Source: Clostridia bacterium (GTDB lineage: Bacteria > Bacillota > Clostridia > Saccharofermentanales > DTU023). From it: a stretch of 64,000 nt of DNA. The translations under genes were made by a program, and so were the position numbers. Every line of letters begins with the position of its first letter. Position 1 is the stretch's first letter. Of this stretch, positions 31,047-41,387 are shown piece by piece. The notes under the pieces are model-generated. The model was not told where the DNA came from, did no database searches, and was given only the letters and a program-made list of their open reading frames with translations. Location of the stretch: assembly GCA_040766025.1 (NCBI GenBank), contig JAXGRH010000003.1:95074-159073 (forward strand), given 5' to 3'.

Positions 31047-32177
31047 ATGGAAGGAATGACCTTTAGGCAGCGAGCGCAGGCGGTACTGCAATCGCTTTAT
31101 TACCCCTTGATGGCCATCATCGCCTCGCTTCTTGTCGGAAGCCTTGTCATATTACTGACAAGTAACACGAATCCATTTGTTGCATACGGCCACATGTTGT
31201 CTGGCGGATTCGGAACGCTCAAAGCGTTTGACGCGACTTTAATCAAGGCCGTCCCCTTACTCTTTACCGCCTTATCTTTCGCGATCGCGAAACGCAGCGG
31301 TATCATCAACCTAGGCGCAGAAGGTCAGTTCATGATCGGCGCGCTTTGCGCAACCGCAGTGGGAGTCGGTATCCCGAGTTTGCCTATGGCGATCCACCTC
31401 CCACTAACACTTATCGCCGGCTTTGTCGGCGGCGCGCTGTTCGGTCTCATCACAGGCGTATTAAAAGTAAAATTCGGAGCCTCCGAGCTCATCATCACGA
31501 TCATGCTGAACTACATCGCAAGGCTCTTGGTCGCGTATTTTGTCACAGGACCCATGCTCGAACAACTCCCGCCCTATTACCCGCAGTCAGCCTCGATCGC
31601 TAAGACCGCACGACTTGAGGGCTTCATACCGGGACTGAACGTACACACAGGATTGCTCATTGCGCTCCTCTGTGTATTCTTATACTATTTCTACCTTTGG
31701 AAGACGACGAGCGGATTCCGTATGCGCGTCGTCGGCCTCAACCCGTCAGCAGGCGAATACGCAGGCATGAGCGTCGCACGCTCAACACTGCTCTCTCTGT
31801 TCCTTGCAGGAGGACTTGCGGGCCTGGGCGGATGCATCGAGATTATCGCAGTGCAGCGCCGCCTCATGATCACCTCATTTTCGGTGCCTTACGGATTTAC
31901 GGGAATCGCCGTTGCCCTATTGGGTAACCTGAACCCCATCGGCATCATTTTCTCAGGCATACTCTTCGGCGGTCTTTCCGCCGGTTCATTGAAAATGGAA
32001 GTGTTGACACGCGACGTCAACTCCTATGTGGCCGTCGTCATCCAGGCGCTCATCATCTTGTTCATCGCGGGCCGCCAGATGTTCCAATTCAAAAGCAGAC
32101 GCAAACATATTTCATTCGATACGCACGAAGAAGTCGATACGGTCGAAACAGAAGAGAAAGCAGGTGAAGGCGCATGA
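31047..32177 (+). CDS. Nucleoside ABC permease 1
   Basis: INLGAEGQ, ELIITIMLNYIA, GLNPSAGEYAGM, YGFTGIAVALLG. Confidence 0.9.
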   Translation: MEGMTFRQRAQAVLQSLYYPLMAIIASLLVGSLVILLTSNTNPFVAYGHMLSGGFGTLKAFDATLIKAVPLLFTALSFAIAKRSGIINLGAEGQFMIGALCATAVGVGIPSLPMAIHLPLTLIAGFVGGALFGLITGVLKVKFGASELIITIMLNYIARLLVAYFVTGPMLEQLPPYYPQSASIAKTARLEGFIPGLNVHTGLLIALLCVFLYYFYLWKTTSGFRMRVVGLNPSAGEYAGMSVARSTLLSLFLAGGLAGLGGCIEIIAVQRRLMITSFSVPYGFTGIAVALLGNLNPIGIIFSGILFGGLSAGSLKMEVLTRDVNSYVAVVIQALIILFIAGRQMFQFKSRRKHISFDTHEEVDTVETEEKAGEGA

Positions 32178-33091
32178 ACGAGATTGCCAGTTTCTTTCAG
32201 ACAGCGATCAGGCTTGCGACACCCACTTTAATAGCCGGACTCGGCCTCGTCTTTAGTGAACGCGCAGGCATCGTCAATATCGGAACAGAAGGACTGATGC
32301 TCATCGGAGCCTTAACAGGCGTCATGGGCTCACTTTATACAGGAAACGTCTGGCTCGGCACTCTGATCGCCATCGCCGTGACCGTGCTGTTCGCAGCCGT
32401 ATTCGCATTCTTCACAGTCGTTGTAAAAGCGGACCAGACGGTCATCGGAACAGGCTTGAACCTCTTAGCGTCGGGCCTCACGATCACTGTTAACCGGGCC
32501 ATCTTCGGAGCCAATACAAGCCCCCCGAAAATTGACACCTTCCGCACCACACCCATTCCTTTGTTGTCGCAGATACCCCTTTTCGGTGAAATGCTCTTCA
32601 GGCATCAGATCCCGATCTATATCGCGTTCTTATTAGTGCCTGTCGCGCAATTCATGATGTTTCGCTCGAACACAGGGCTCATCGTCCGCTCGGTCGGCGA
32701 GAACCCCAAAGCCTGCGACACCGTCGGAATCCGCGTCACCGGAACCCGCTTTTTGGCGATCCTCTACAGCGGCGTAATGGCCGGCTTTGCCGGAGCGTTC
32801 ATCTCCATGGGACAGCTGAGCTTCTTTACAGAAGGCATGGTCGCCGGCGGCGGCTTCATCGCCCTAGCAGCGGTTGTCTTCGGTAACTACACCCCGGTCG
32901 GCGTCATGCTTGCCTCACTCGTATTTGGCGCAAGTAACGCGCTCATGTACCGCCTCCAGGCGCTCGCGACCGGCTTCCCCTCACAGTTCCCCCTGATGAT
33001 CCCTTACATCATCACAATCGTGTCGCTCTGCTTCGTCAGCCGTAAATCCAACAAACCGGCCGGCAGCGCGATACCCTACATCAAGGAATAG
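32174..33091 (+). CDS. Nucleoside ABC permease 2
   Basis: FSERAGIVNIGTEG, RSVGENPKACDTVGI, GGGFIALAAVVFG, PYIITI. Confidence 0.9.
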   Translation: MNEIASFFQTAIRLATPTLIAGLGLVFSERAGIVNIGTEGLMLIGALTGVMGSLYTGNVWLGTLIAIAVTVLFAAVFAFFTVVVKADQTVIGTGLNLLASGLTITVNRAIFGANTSPPKIDTFRTTPIPLLSQIPLFGEMLFRHQIPIYIAFLLVPVAQFMMFRSNTGLIVRSVGENPKACDTVGIRVTGTRFLAILYSGVMAGFAGAFISMGQLSFFTEGMVAGGGFIALAAVVFGNYTPVGVMLASLVFGASNALMYRLQALATGFPSQFPLMIPYIITIVSLCFVSRKSNKPAGSAIPYIKE

Positions 33092-33101
33092 GAGGTCATC
33101 C

Positions 33102-34634
33102 ATGGCAACCATTCTTGAAATGAAACATATTACCAAACGATTCGGACCCGTCGTCGCCAACGATGACGTATCCTTTGCCGTCGAACAAGGCGAAGTGCAT
33201 GCGCTCTTAGGCGAAAACGGCGCCGGTAAATCCACCCTGATGAACATCCTGTTCGGCCTTTACGAACAGACATCAGGCGACATCTACTACAAAGACGAAC
33301 TGATCAACATCCGTTCGCCGCGCGACGCCATCGATCTGGGCATCGGCATGGTGCACCAGCACTTCATGCTCATCCCGGCCCACAGCGCCATCGAAAACGT
33401 CGTACTCGGCTACGGCGGTAACAAAGAAGTGCTCGACCTAAAAGGCGCCGCCAAACGCTTCTCCGAACTGGCTGAACGCTACCATATGAACATCGACCCC
33501 TGGGAAAAAGTCGGGAAAATGTCCGTCGGTCAGCAACAGCGCCTCGAGATCTTGAAAGTACTCTACCGCGACGTCGACACACTCATCTTAGATGAACCGA
33601 CCGCCGTTTTGACCCCTCAAGAGGTCGAAGGACTGTTCGACGTCATCCGCCAGCTCATCGCAGAAGGCAAAACAGTGATCTTCATCAGCCACAAACTGCC
33701 TGAAATCATGGCCATCTGTGACCGCTGCACAATCCTGCGCCAAGGCAAAGTCGCAGCCGCGGGCCTTGAAGTCAAAAGCATCAAGAACCTAAACGAACTC
33801 GCGCACCTCATGGTCGGCCGCGATGTGGAACTCGTGACCGCGAAAACACTCTCGGATCCGGGAGAGGTCGTCTTAAACGTCGAAGACCTAAACTACACAA
33901 ATGAAAAAGGCGTCCATGTACTAAAAGACGTGAACTTCAACGTACGCTCAGGCGAAATTGTCGGCATCTGCGGCGTTGACGGCAACGGCCAGTCTGAACT
34001 TGTGAAATGCATCACGGGGCTCTTACCCATCACGTCAGGGAAGATCGAACTGATGGGCAAAGACGTGACCGGGGAGACTGCGCGACAAATCTTGAATGAA
34101 GGCATCGGGCATATCCCCGAAGACCGGCAGAAAATGGGCATGGTCGGCGCGATGAACCTGCGCGAGAACGTCTCCATGGTCGACAGCCACAAGGAACCCT
34201 ATTCAACCCATGGCTTCCTCCACTGGAAATGGATCGACCAACACAGCCGTGACTTGATCAAGAAATTCTCGGTCAAAACACCCGGTGTCATGGAAAAAGC
34301 CGGCAACCTCTCTGGCGGCAACCAGCAAAAACTGGTCGTCGGACGCGAACTGTCGCGCGACGTCAGCCTCTTAGTCGCCGTCCACCCCTCACGCGGACTC
34401 GATATAGGAGCGACCAAATACATCCAGTCGCAAATCGTCGAAGCGCGGGATAAGGGAGCCGCCGTCCTCATGGTATCCACAGAACTCGATGAAATACTGG
34501 AAATCCCCGATCGCGTCCTTGTCATCTACGGAGGGCGCATCCTGGCCTGCCTTGATCAATGCGCTTGCACCCGCAGCGGACTTGGACTTCTGATGGCGGG
34601 CATCGAAGGAGAGGTCGAAGAAGAAATCGCCTGA
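33102..34634 (+). CDS. Nucleoside ABC ATP-binding subunit with two ATPase domains
   Basis: GENGAGKST, LDEPTAVLTPQE, LSGGNQQK, PSRGLDIG. Confidence 0.93.
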   Translation: MATILEMKHITKRFGPVVANDDVSFAVEQGEVHALLGENGAGKSTLMNILFGLYEQTSGDIYYKDELINIRSPRDAIDLGIGMVHQHFMLIPAHSAIENVVLGYGGNKEVLDLKGAAKRFSELAERYHMNIDPWEKVGKMSVGQQQRLEILKVLYRDVDTLILDEPTAVLTPQEVEGLFDVIRQLIAEGKTVIFISHKLPEIMAICDRCTILRQGKVAAAGLEVKSIKNLNELAHLMVGRDVELVTAKTLSDPGEVVLNVEDLNYTNEKGVHVLKDVNFNVRSGEIVGICGVDGNGQSELVKCITGLLPITSGKIELMGKDVTGETARQILNEGIGHIPEDRQKMGMVGAMNLRENVSMVDSHKEPYSTHGFLHWKWIDQHSRDLIKKFSVKTPGVMEKAGNLSGGNQQKLVVGRELSRDVSLLVAVHPSRGLDIGATKYIQSQIVEARDKGAAVLMVSTELDEILEIPDRVLVIYGGRILACLDQCACTRSGLGLLMAGIEGEVEEEIA

Positions 34635-34649
34635 TAATTAAGTGAGACG

Positions 34650-34686
34650 ACGAAGAAGGGACAGCGAAGGTTGTCCCTTTTCGTTT
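34650..34686 (+). terminator. Terminator-like hairpin after the ABC ATPase gene
   Basis: GAAGGGACAGC-gaag-GTTGTCCCTTT followed by TCGTTT. Confidence 0.6.
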
Positions 34687-34703
34687 AGAAAGAAGAGGTG
34701 TCC

Positions 34704-35426
34704 ATGTTTCATGTCAACCATCCCATGTTGTTCGGACTGGCGGCGCTCGTCATTCTGTTCGTACTGGGACAATCCATTTTTTTTACCCTCAAAGCCTGGA
34801 AAAGAGCGCGCGAACTTGGAATGTCAAAATCGCTTCTGGCTTCGATTGTAAGAGGATCTGCCGTATTTTCCATCGCGCCTGCGATCGCCATCATCATCGG
34901 CATCATCACACTGTCCAAATTCTTAGGACTGCCCTTACCCTGGCTACGCCTCAGCGTCGTCGGCGCCCTGACCTATGAACTGCCCGCGGCCACCTCCGCG
35001 GCAACGGCTTTGGGCATTTCTTTGACCGACGCGTTGACCGATGCCCGCGCCTACTCCACGATCGCCTGGGTCATGACCATCGGCAGCTTTTCAGGGCTCG
35101 CCATCATCACCTTATTCTTGCCCAAAATTGAAAAAGGCCTGATGAGCCTCAAATCAAAAGACGAAAAATGGGGCAAAATCTTCATGGACTCCCTTTTCAT
35201 CGGCATGGTCTCCGCCTTCCTTGGCATGATCTTCTCAGAGATCCGCTTAGGACTACCGGGCTGGATTCCCGTATTTGTCATGGCCTTTTCCTCCCTCCTG
35301 ATGCTCGTCTTCGGGTATCTTGTGAAAAAGAAAAACATCGCCTGGCTTGAAAACTACGCGATGCCCTTCAGTATGCTCGGCGCCATGATCTTTTCCATTC
35401 CGCTCACCGCATGGATCGGAGGTTAA
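34704..35426 (+). CDS. Multi-pass membrane protein, DUF5058-like
   Basis: Hydrophobic; LGLPLPWLRLSVVGALTYELPAA and C-terminal WLENYAMPFSMLGAM match my recollection of DUF5058. Confidence 0.7.
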   Translation: MFHVNHPMLFGLAALVILFVLGQSIFFTLKAWKRARELGMSKSLLASIVRGSAVFSIAPAIAIIIGIITLSKFLGLPLPWLRLSVVGALTYELPAATSAATALGISLTDALTDARAYSTIAWVMTIGSFSGLAIITLFLPKIEKGLMSLKSKDEKWGKIFMDSLFIGMVSAFLGMIFSEIRLGLPGWIPVFVMAFSSLLMLVFGYLVKKKNIAWLENYAMPFSMLGAMIFSIPLTAWIGG

Positions 35427-35428
35427 AG

Positions 35429-36082
35429 ATGAGTCAGTACGAAAAAAAGATCCACCGCTGGGGACGCACATCAGGCATTTTGGCCTTTATCATGTTCACA
35501 GCCTATCCCTTGCTTTTAAGCCTCTATTTCAACGCCTGGCCGTACCTTGACGCGCTCGGAAAGGGCCTCTTAGGCGTCGTGCCCATCTTCTACACCGTCG
35601 GTGTCATTGAAGCCTTTACCTACGGACCTATGCTGGGCGCCGGGGGATCGTACCTGAGCTTTGTCACAGGCAACATCACGAACCTCAAAGCTCCTTGTGC
35701 CATCAACGCCATGAAGGTCGCAAAAGTAGAACCCGGCACACCGGAAGGAGAGGCCATCTCCACCCTGTCCATCGGGATCTCCTCGATTGTCACCACGATC
35801 ATCTTATTCCTCGGCATGTTGCTCTTGAGCACGCTTGCGCCAATCTTGGAGTCACCATTACTTGCGCCGGCCTTTGCCAATATCCTGCCCGCCCTCTTTG
35901 GCGGACTGGCGGTTGTCTTTGTCTCAAGAAACTGGAAAATCGCCGTCGGACCCATGGTCTTCATGTTGATCCTCTTCATCGTGCAGCCGGGCTTGGCAAG
36001 CGCCGTAAGTCTCTTGGTACCCGTTGGGGCCGTGTTAGCGATTGTCCTGTCCCGCATTCTTTACAAAAGAGGAAAGCTGTAG
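35429..36082 (+). CDS. Multi-pass membrane protein, partner of the DUF5058-like gene
   Basis: GGAGG SD inside the previous gene; YGPMLGAGGSYLSFVTGNITNLKAPCA, ILPALFGGL. Confidence 0.7.
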   Translation: MSQYEKKIHRWGRTSGILAFIMFTAYPLLLSLYFNAWPYLDALGKGLLGVVPIFYTVGVIEAFTYGPMLGAGGSYLSFVTGNITNLKAPCAINAMKVAKVEPGTPEGEAISTLSIGISSIVTTIILFLGMLLLSTLAPILESPLLAPAFANILPALFGGLAVVFVSRNWKIAVGPMVFMLILFIVQPGLASAVSLLVPVGAVLAIVLSRILYKRGKL

Positions 36083-36100
36083 GGGAAACATCGAGCCAAA

Positions 36101-36132
36101 CAAAAAAGGGGATCGCTTGATCCCCTTTTTTG
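36101..36132. terminator. Bidirectional intrinsic terminator
   Basis: CAAAAAAGGGGATC-gctt-GATCCCCTTTTTTG between convergent genes. Confidence 0.88.
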
Positions 36133-36191
36133 GGTGATTAACGTTGAAAAGCACCAAGATAAGCACTAAGTTAAACACTCAGTAAAATTTA

Positions 36192-37048
36192 TTAACGGTG
36201 CGAACTAAAGAAACGCACAGCCTTTCTTTGCACGATAAACTTTTGTGTCTCATGCCACTTCCGCGGACCAAGTTACTTGCGTAAAAGTAATAGATCGGGT
36301 GCTGCACACCACTGCCACCCTCATCAAAGACATAGGTGACGGCTTGTTTCACCGTGTTCGAGACACTCTTACGAATAGGTGCCGTGTAGCCGTACTTACG
36401 CTTAATCACTGCCGCGCTGTTCGTCCCTTCCTTCACCATGGAGTCACGGATACACTGGGCGACCAGGACAGCACCGATATAATCGTTGCCCCATTCACCC
36501 ATCACGAGACCCTCCAATGTGGCACGGTCCGAAACCTGCAGGGCGGCCCATATAATTCGGATCAGGGTTACTGATCTGGAGAAGGAACGAGCGTCTCCCG
36601 AAGGAGATGACTCCTCTGTTATCACTTCAGTCGGCTTTGTTGCCTCTGTTTCCTTTTGAGTTTCTGCCTTCTTGCGCTCGGCTTCTTGCTTTTCACGCTT
36701 CGTCACCTCAGACAGGCGATTATCGTTCGCGTTCTCGAGTTTATTAATCAATTCACGTTCTTGGGAAGGATTAAGAGAGGGGAGAGATTCCGACTCTGTG
36801 TCGTCGGATTCAAAGTCGATACCCGCAAGCGGTTCCTGCCCGCGGTCAATGCTTTCGTCTTCAAAGAGCAAAAGTTCATTGCCCGGTAAGTAGGGTTCCT
36901 CATCGGCCGGAGCCTTTTCTGTCACATGGGCGCTCGGCGCCTCTTTTTCTTCACCTAACACCGCAGCGGTCACAGGAATCGAAAGGAGCGTCGCTGCCAA
37001 CAAGACCCCTGTCAGGATGCGTTGATGCTGTTTCATTTTATGTTTCAT
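36192..37048 (-). CDS. Secreted protein with acidic linker and SleB/Hydrolase_2-like C-terminal domain; small frameshifts
   Basis: Signal-peptide-like N-terminus, E/K/T-rich linker, LEGLVMGEWGNDYIGAVLVAQCIRD, YYFYA, alternative-frame WHETQKFIVQRKAVRFF...* at 36192. Confidence 0.55.
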
Positions 37049-37409
37049 ATTGACCTCTTGTCTTTCGTATCAAACATCATCTTTGTCATTCCCTTCTCAC
37101 GCGCACCAAAAATCGGTTTACAAAAAGGCACGATATGTCGCTCGTTTCGGGGGATTTGTTTGATCGTCTACTACCCTATCGCAATCTTTGGAAGCGTCAA
37201 AGCGTGAAAAAGCTGAATCCAAGCACCTAAAAAAGCGTGGTTCTTGTCATAATTATTGAGTCTCCTTTGTGCAAACGTCATAAATTTGGAACAAATGTGG
37301 CGTGAAACAGACATAGGGCACAGCACCTTGCACTAAAACTGACATAATCCGCGTGCGCCTCAGCACAAAACGGTCTAGAATAGAGCTATCGCCAAAAAGG
37401 GAGAATTAT

Positions 37410-38492
37410 ATGGATAAGAGTGAACTGTTAAAAACCATCGCCGACTATTCCGAGGCCAACGGGCCATCCGGCTTCGAGCATGAGATCGCCAAGCAAGTGC
37501 TCCAAGGCGTAGAGGCATTCGGTGCGACCGAATTGGACAGCATGCAAAACGTGTACGTGCACCGTCACGGCAATACCCGTAACCGACTTCGCGTACAACT
37601 TGACGCCCATCTGGATGAAGTCGGACTCATCGTGCAATCCATCAAGAGCAACGGCATGCTCGCCGTCCTGCCATTAGGTTCCTGGGTTGCGGGCAACATC
37701 CCCGCGCATCTTTTTCGCGTGAGGACAAAAGAAGGCCATTGGATCCCCGCCATCGCGTCCAGTAAGCCCCCCCATTATTTATCGGAGGCAGAGAAAAAAC
37801 AGGGCGTCACCATGGAACAGATCGAGCTCGATGTCGGCGCCGGCTCGAAAGAAGAAGTCGAAACGCGTTTTGGCATCGAACTGGCCGCCCCCGTCGTCCC
37901 CGACGTCCGTTTTTACCACGACGAAGCAAAAGACCTGCTATTAGGCAAAGCCTTTGACTGCCGCCTCGGCTGCGCGGCCATGACCGAAACCTTAAGAACA
38001 CTCAAAGGAGAAGACCTCGCCGTCGACGTCGTCGCCGCTTACTCCGTCCAAGAAGAAATCGGAGGCAGGGGCGCCGTTGTCACAGCAAGACAGATCGAAG
38101 CCGATCTTGCCATCGTCTTTGAAGGGACGCCCGCGGACGACCACTTCGCGCCACGAGATCAACAACAGACTGTTTTAGGAAAAGGGCCCATGCTCCGCCA
38201 CATCGACCGCTCCATGGTGACCCATCCGGGATTTCAACGCTACGCATTGAATCTCGCGCGTGAGCGCGGCATCGCGGTACAAGAAGGCGTACGAAGCGGG
38301 GGAGGCACCAACGGCGGCCTGATCCACACAGAAGGAAAAGGCATCCCCACCATCGTCATCGGGATGCCCGTACGCTACATTCATACCCATTACGGCTGGG
38401 CGCGTCTCTCGGATGTAGAGGCGGCCGTTGAACTTGCCTCGGCACTCCTTTTGTCCTTCGACGCAGCCGTTATGGAAAAACTAATCTACTGA
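37410..38492 (+). CDS. M42-family metalloaminopeptidase
   Basis: GPSGFE, LDAHLDEVG, GKAFDCRLG, VQEEIGGRGA, GGGTNG, PVRYIHT. Confidence 0.9.
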   Translation: MDKSELLKTIADYSEANGPSGFEHEIAKQVLQGVEAFGATELDSMQNVYVHRHGNTRNRLRVQLDAHLDEVGLIVQSIKSNGMLAVLPLGSWVAGNIPAHLFRVRTKEGHWIPAIASSKPPHYLSEAEKKQGVTMEQIELDVGAGSKEEVETRFGIELAAPVVPDVRFYHDEAKDLLLGKAFDCRLGCAAMTETLRTLKGEDLAVDVVAAYSVQEEIGGRGAVVTARQIEADLAIVFEGTPADDHFAPRDQQQTVLGKGPMLRHIDRSMVTHPGFQRYALNLARERGIAVQEGVRSGGGTNGGLIHTEGKGIPTIVIGMPVRYIHTHYGWARLSDVEAAVELASALLLSFDAAVMEKLIY

Positions 38493-39906
38493 TATCGCTT
38501 CGCGGAGCATCGTCTCCGCCAAGATGGGATTGGCGCGGCCCTGTGTTTCCTTCATCACGCGTCCGATAAGAGAGCGCATGGCGCTCTCTTTTCCGTTTCG
38601 GAAATCCTTGACCGCCTTTTCATTCGAAGCCACAGCGAGCTTGACCGCTCCTTCCAAAGCTTCACGGTCATTAATCTGCGCAAGATCGTGCTCTTTCACA
38701 TAGGCATCAGGATCAAAGTCATCCTCCATCAAAGCCTTCAACACCTTGCGCGCCGTATTACTATTGATGTCCTCACGGGCGACAAGGTTAGTTAACTGAC
38801 CCAGACTCACCGGATTCAACAGATCGTCCACCGTGTCCTCCGTGTAAAGCGGAGCCACATCCGCCAGGATCAGATTGACAAGCGTCTTCGGATGCTCCGG
38901 CCTGAACGGCCTTTTCAAAGAAATCCGACAGTTCTTTATCGTCCGTCAAACGCTCCGCCTCATAGTCAGATAAACCGTAGGCCCTGATGTATTCCGCCTT
39001 GCGCTCATCCGCAAGGCGCGGGATCGTGGAGCGGATCAAATCGACCTCAGCCTCAGTCACCTCAACGGGGACAAGGTCCGGATCGGGGAAATAGCGGTAG
39101 TCGGCCGCCTCCTGCTTCTCACGCATGCCATAGGTCTGGTTTGTTTTCTCATCGTAGCGCCGCGTCTCTTGGATCAACGTGCCGCCTTCCTCAACGATCG
39201 CGACCTGGCGCTTAAACTCACTTTCAATCGCTTTCGCGATAAAGTTAAAAGAGTTCAGATTCTTCAGTTCAACGCGTGTGCCAAAGGCCTCTTCGCCCTT
39301 CTTTCGTACCGAAATATTGACATCGCAGCGAAGCGAGCCCTCATTCATCTTCCCGTCGGAGATCCCTGTGTAGCGGGCCATGGCGCGAAGCTTCCTCAAA
39401 TAAGCCACCGCTTCTTCCGCACTTCTCATATCCGGCTTAGACACCACCTCAATCAAGGGGACACCGCAACGATTGCAGTCAATCAAGGTCCCCTCATCCT
39501 GGTGGATCAATTTCCCCGCATCCTCTTCAATATGGATGCGCTCCAGTCGGATACGCTTGACATCCTCACCGACCGCAATCTCAACATAGCCATCCGTGCA
39601 GATGGGAAAGAAATTTTGGGTCACCTGGTAAGCCTTCGGCAAGTCGGGATAAAAATAGTTTTTCCGGTCAAAACGAGACCAGGGCTCAACCGCGCAATGA
39701 GTCGCGATGCCAGCCCGGATCGCAAACTCAACAACCTCACGATTCAAAGCCGGCAAAGCACCGGGCATCGCAAGGCACACAGGGCAGACCTGAGAGTTCG
39801 GTACCGCGCCAAACGTCGTTTCGCATTCACAAAACAATTTATGCTTTGTCTTCAATTCAATATGGACCTCAAGACCGATCACACATTCATAGTCATGAAT
39901 ACTCAT
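38481..39906 (-). CDS. gatB: Asp-tRNA(Asn)/Glu-tRNA(Gln) amidotransferase subunit B; frameshift near 38905
   Basis: IGLEVHIEL, FDRKNYFYPDLPKAYQ, HIEEDAGK, GSLRCDVNIS, YRYFPDPDL; Yqey-like tail LIGRVMKETQGRANP in ORF 38481-38918. Confidence 0.93.
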
Positions 39907-41381
39907 CGTGCCACCTCCTCGGGTGTCGGCAGAAGGCCGTGCTCATCCTCAAAGCGTGCCGCTAAACGGTAGAGCAAGCCTTCCGAAAAACGCGCGCCCA
40001 TCAATTGCATGGCAACCGGTAAACCCTCTTTGTTCAGCCCAATGGGCACGGAGAGCGCCGGCATACCGGCAAGGGACGCGGGCAGGGTGAAACGGTCATT
40101 AGAATACTTGCCGCCTCCCGCTTCTTCAGGCAAGCTGCCAAGCGGCCAGGCCGCCGTCGCCGTCACAGGCGTCAGGATGGCGTCACAGCTACCAAAAACA
40201 CGCTCAAACTCCTCCGTGACAAGCGAACGGGCCTGCGCGGCCTTCATGTAGTAATCCTGGTAATGCTCTTCGGACAAAGCAAAGCAGCCAAGCAAAATGC
40301 GCTGTTTGACCTCAGTCCCCAACGCTTCAGTCCTCGACTTAATGTACATCTCTTCGATGCTCTCAATATCTAGAGCCCGGCGCCCGTAGTGGACACCGTC
40401 GTAGCGGTTCATGGAGGCAAAGCCCTCCGCGCTCGAAATAATATAGTAGGCGGCAAGCGAAGCGTCGAGCGTTTTCAAGTCCACAGGGACAATTTTTGCG
40501 CCCGCCGATTCATAAAAGGAAAGCGCCTGTTCCAATAACCGGCGTACTTCAGGGTTGAGATCGCCTGAGTCAAAATACGATTCGGGCCACCCGATCACCG
40601 GTCGGCCAAAATTTTCTGAAATGGACTCCGTGTAGGACATGCCCCTATAGGCGACACTGTGCACATCTTTAGGGTCTTTTTGGGCGATGACATCCAAAAG
40701 AAGCGCGTTGTCACGCACACTGCGCGTCATGGGTCCCGCCTGATCGAGCGAGGAAGAAAAAGCGGTGATCCCCCGCCTTGACACAAGGCCGTAGGTCGGC
40801 CGCATACCGACCAGACCGCAGAGCGCCGCGGGTTGCCGTATCGACCCGCCTGTATCCGTCCCAATTGAAAAACAAGCCTCCCCGGAGGCTACCGCCGCGG
40901 CAGAGCCCCCCGAGCTTCCGCCCGGGACGCGTGCTGTGTCGTAGGGATTGCGCGTCGGATGAAAGGCCGAGGTTTCTGTAGAATGCCCCATGGCAAATTC
41001 ATCCATATTCGTCTTGCCGGTCAAGACCATGCCCTGTTGTTCAAGCAGGCGCCAGATATAAGCGTCATAAGGTGGGACAAAATGCTCCAGCATGCGTGAA
41101 GCGTTCGTTGTCCGCTCGCCTGATACCGCGATATTATCCTTCAGGGCACCCGGAATGCCACAAAGCGGGTGGAGATCTTCAGCTGCTTGAAAGCGCTTAT
41201 CGGCGTCGTCGGCCAAACGAAGCGCCCGCTCACGCGTCAAGGTGATATAAGCGCCGATCGTCTCCTCTTGCGCGTCAATTGTCTCGAACACGGCCTCAGT
41301 CAGCTCGCGCGATGAAAAAACTTTATCGCGCAGGGCTTGGCCGATCTCTTTTAATTCCATCGATCTGTAATCCATATACAA
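39903..41381 (-). CDS. gatA: Amidotransferase subunit A
   Basis: LKDNI, GKTNMDEFAMG, PGGSSGGSAAAVA, GTDTGGSIRQPAA amidase signature. Confidence 0.95.
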   Translation of the reverse strand: MYMDYRSMELKEIGQALRDKVFSSRELTEAVFETIDAQEETIGAYITLTRERALRLADDADKRFQAAEDLHPLCGIPGALKDNIAVSGERTTNASRMLEHFVPPYDAYIWRLLEQQGMVLTGKTNMDEFAMGHSTETSAFHPTRNPYDTARVPGGSSGGSAAAVASGEACFSIGTDTGGSIRQPAALCGLVGMRPTYGLVSRRGITAFSSSLDQAGPMTRSVRDNALLLDVIAQKDPKDVHSVAYRGMSYTESISENFGRPVIGWPESYFDSGDLNPEVRRLLEQALSFYESAGAKIVPVDLKTLDASLAAYYIISSAEGFASMNRYDGVHYGRRALDIESIEEMYIKSRTEALGTEVKQRILLGCFALSEEHYQDYYMKAAQARSLVTEEFERVFGSCDAILTPVTATAAWPLGSLPEEAGGGKYSNDRFTLPASLAGMPALSVPIGLNKEGLPVAMQLMGARFSEGLLYRLAARFEDEHGLLPTPEEVAR

Positions 41382-41387
41382 ACTTCC

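Noticed and set aside
37211-37222. GCTGAATCC, like the 5' end of a c-di-AMP riboswitch, near a cell-wall hydrolase gene
   Set aside because: Wrong strand for that gene, and the downstream conserved elements are missing.
38780-38920. gatB split as a possible programmed frameshift
   Set aside because: No evident slippery site with a stimulator, and similar indels occur throughout the window.
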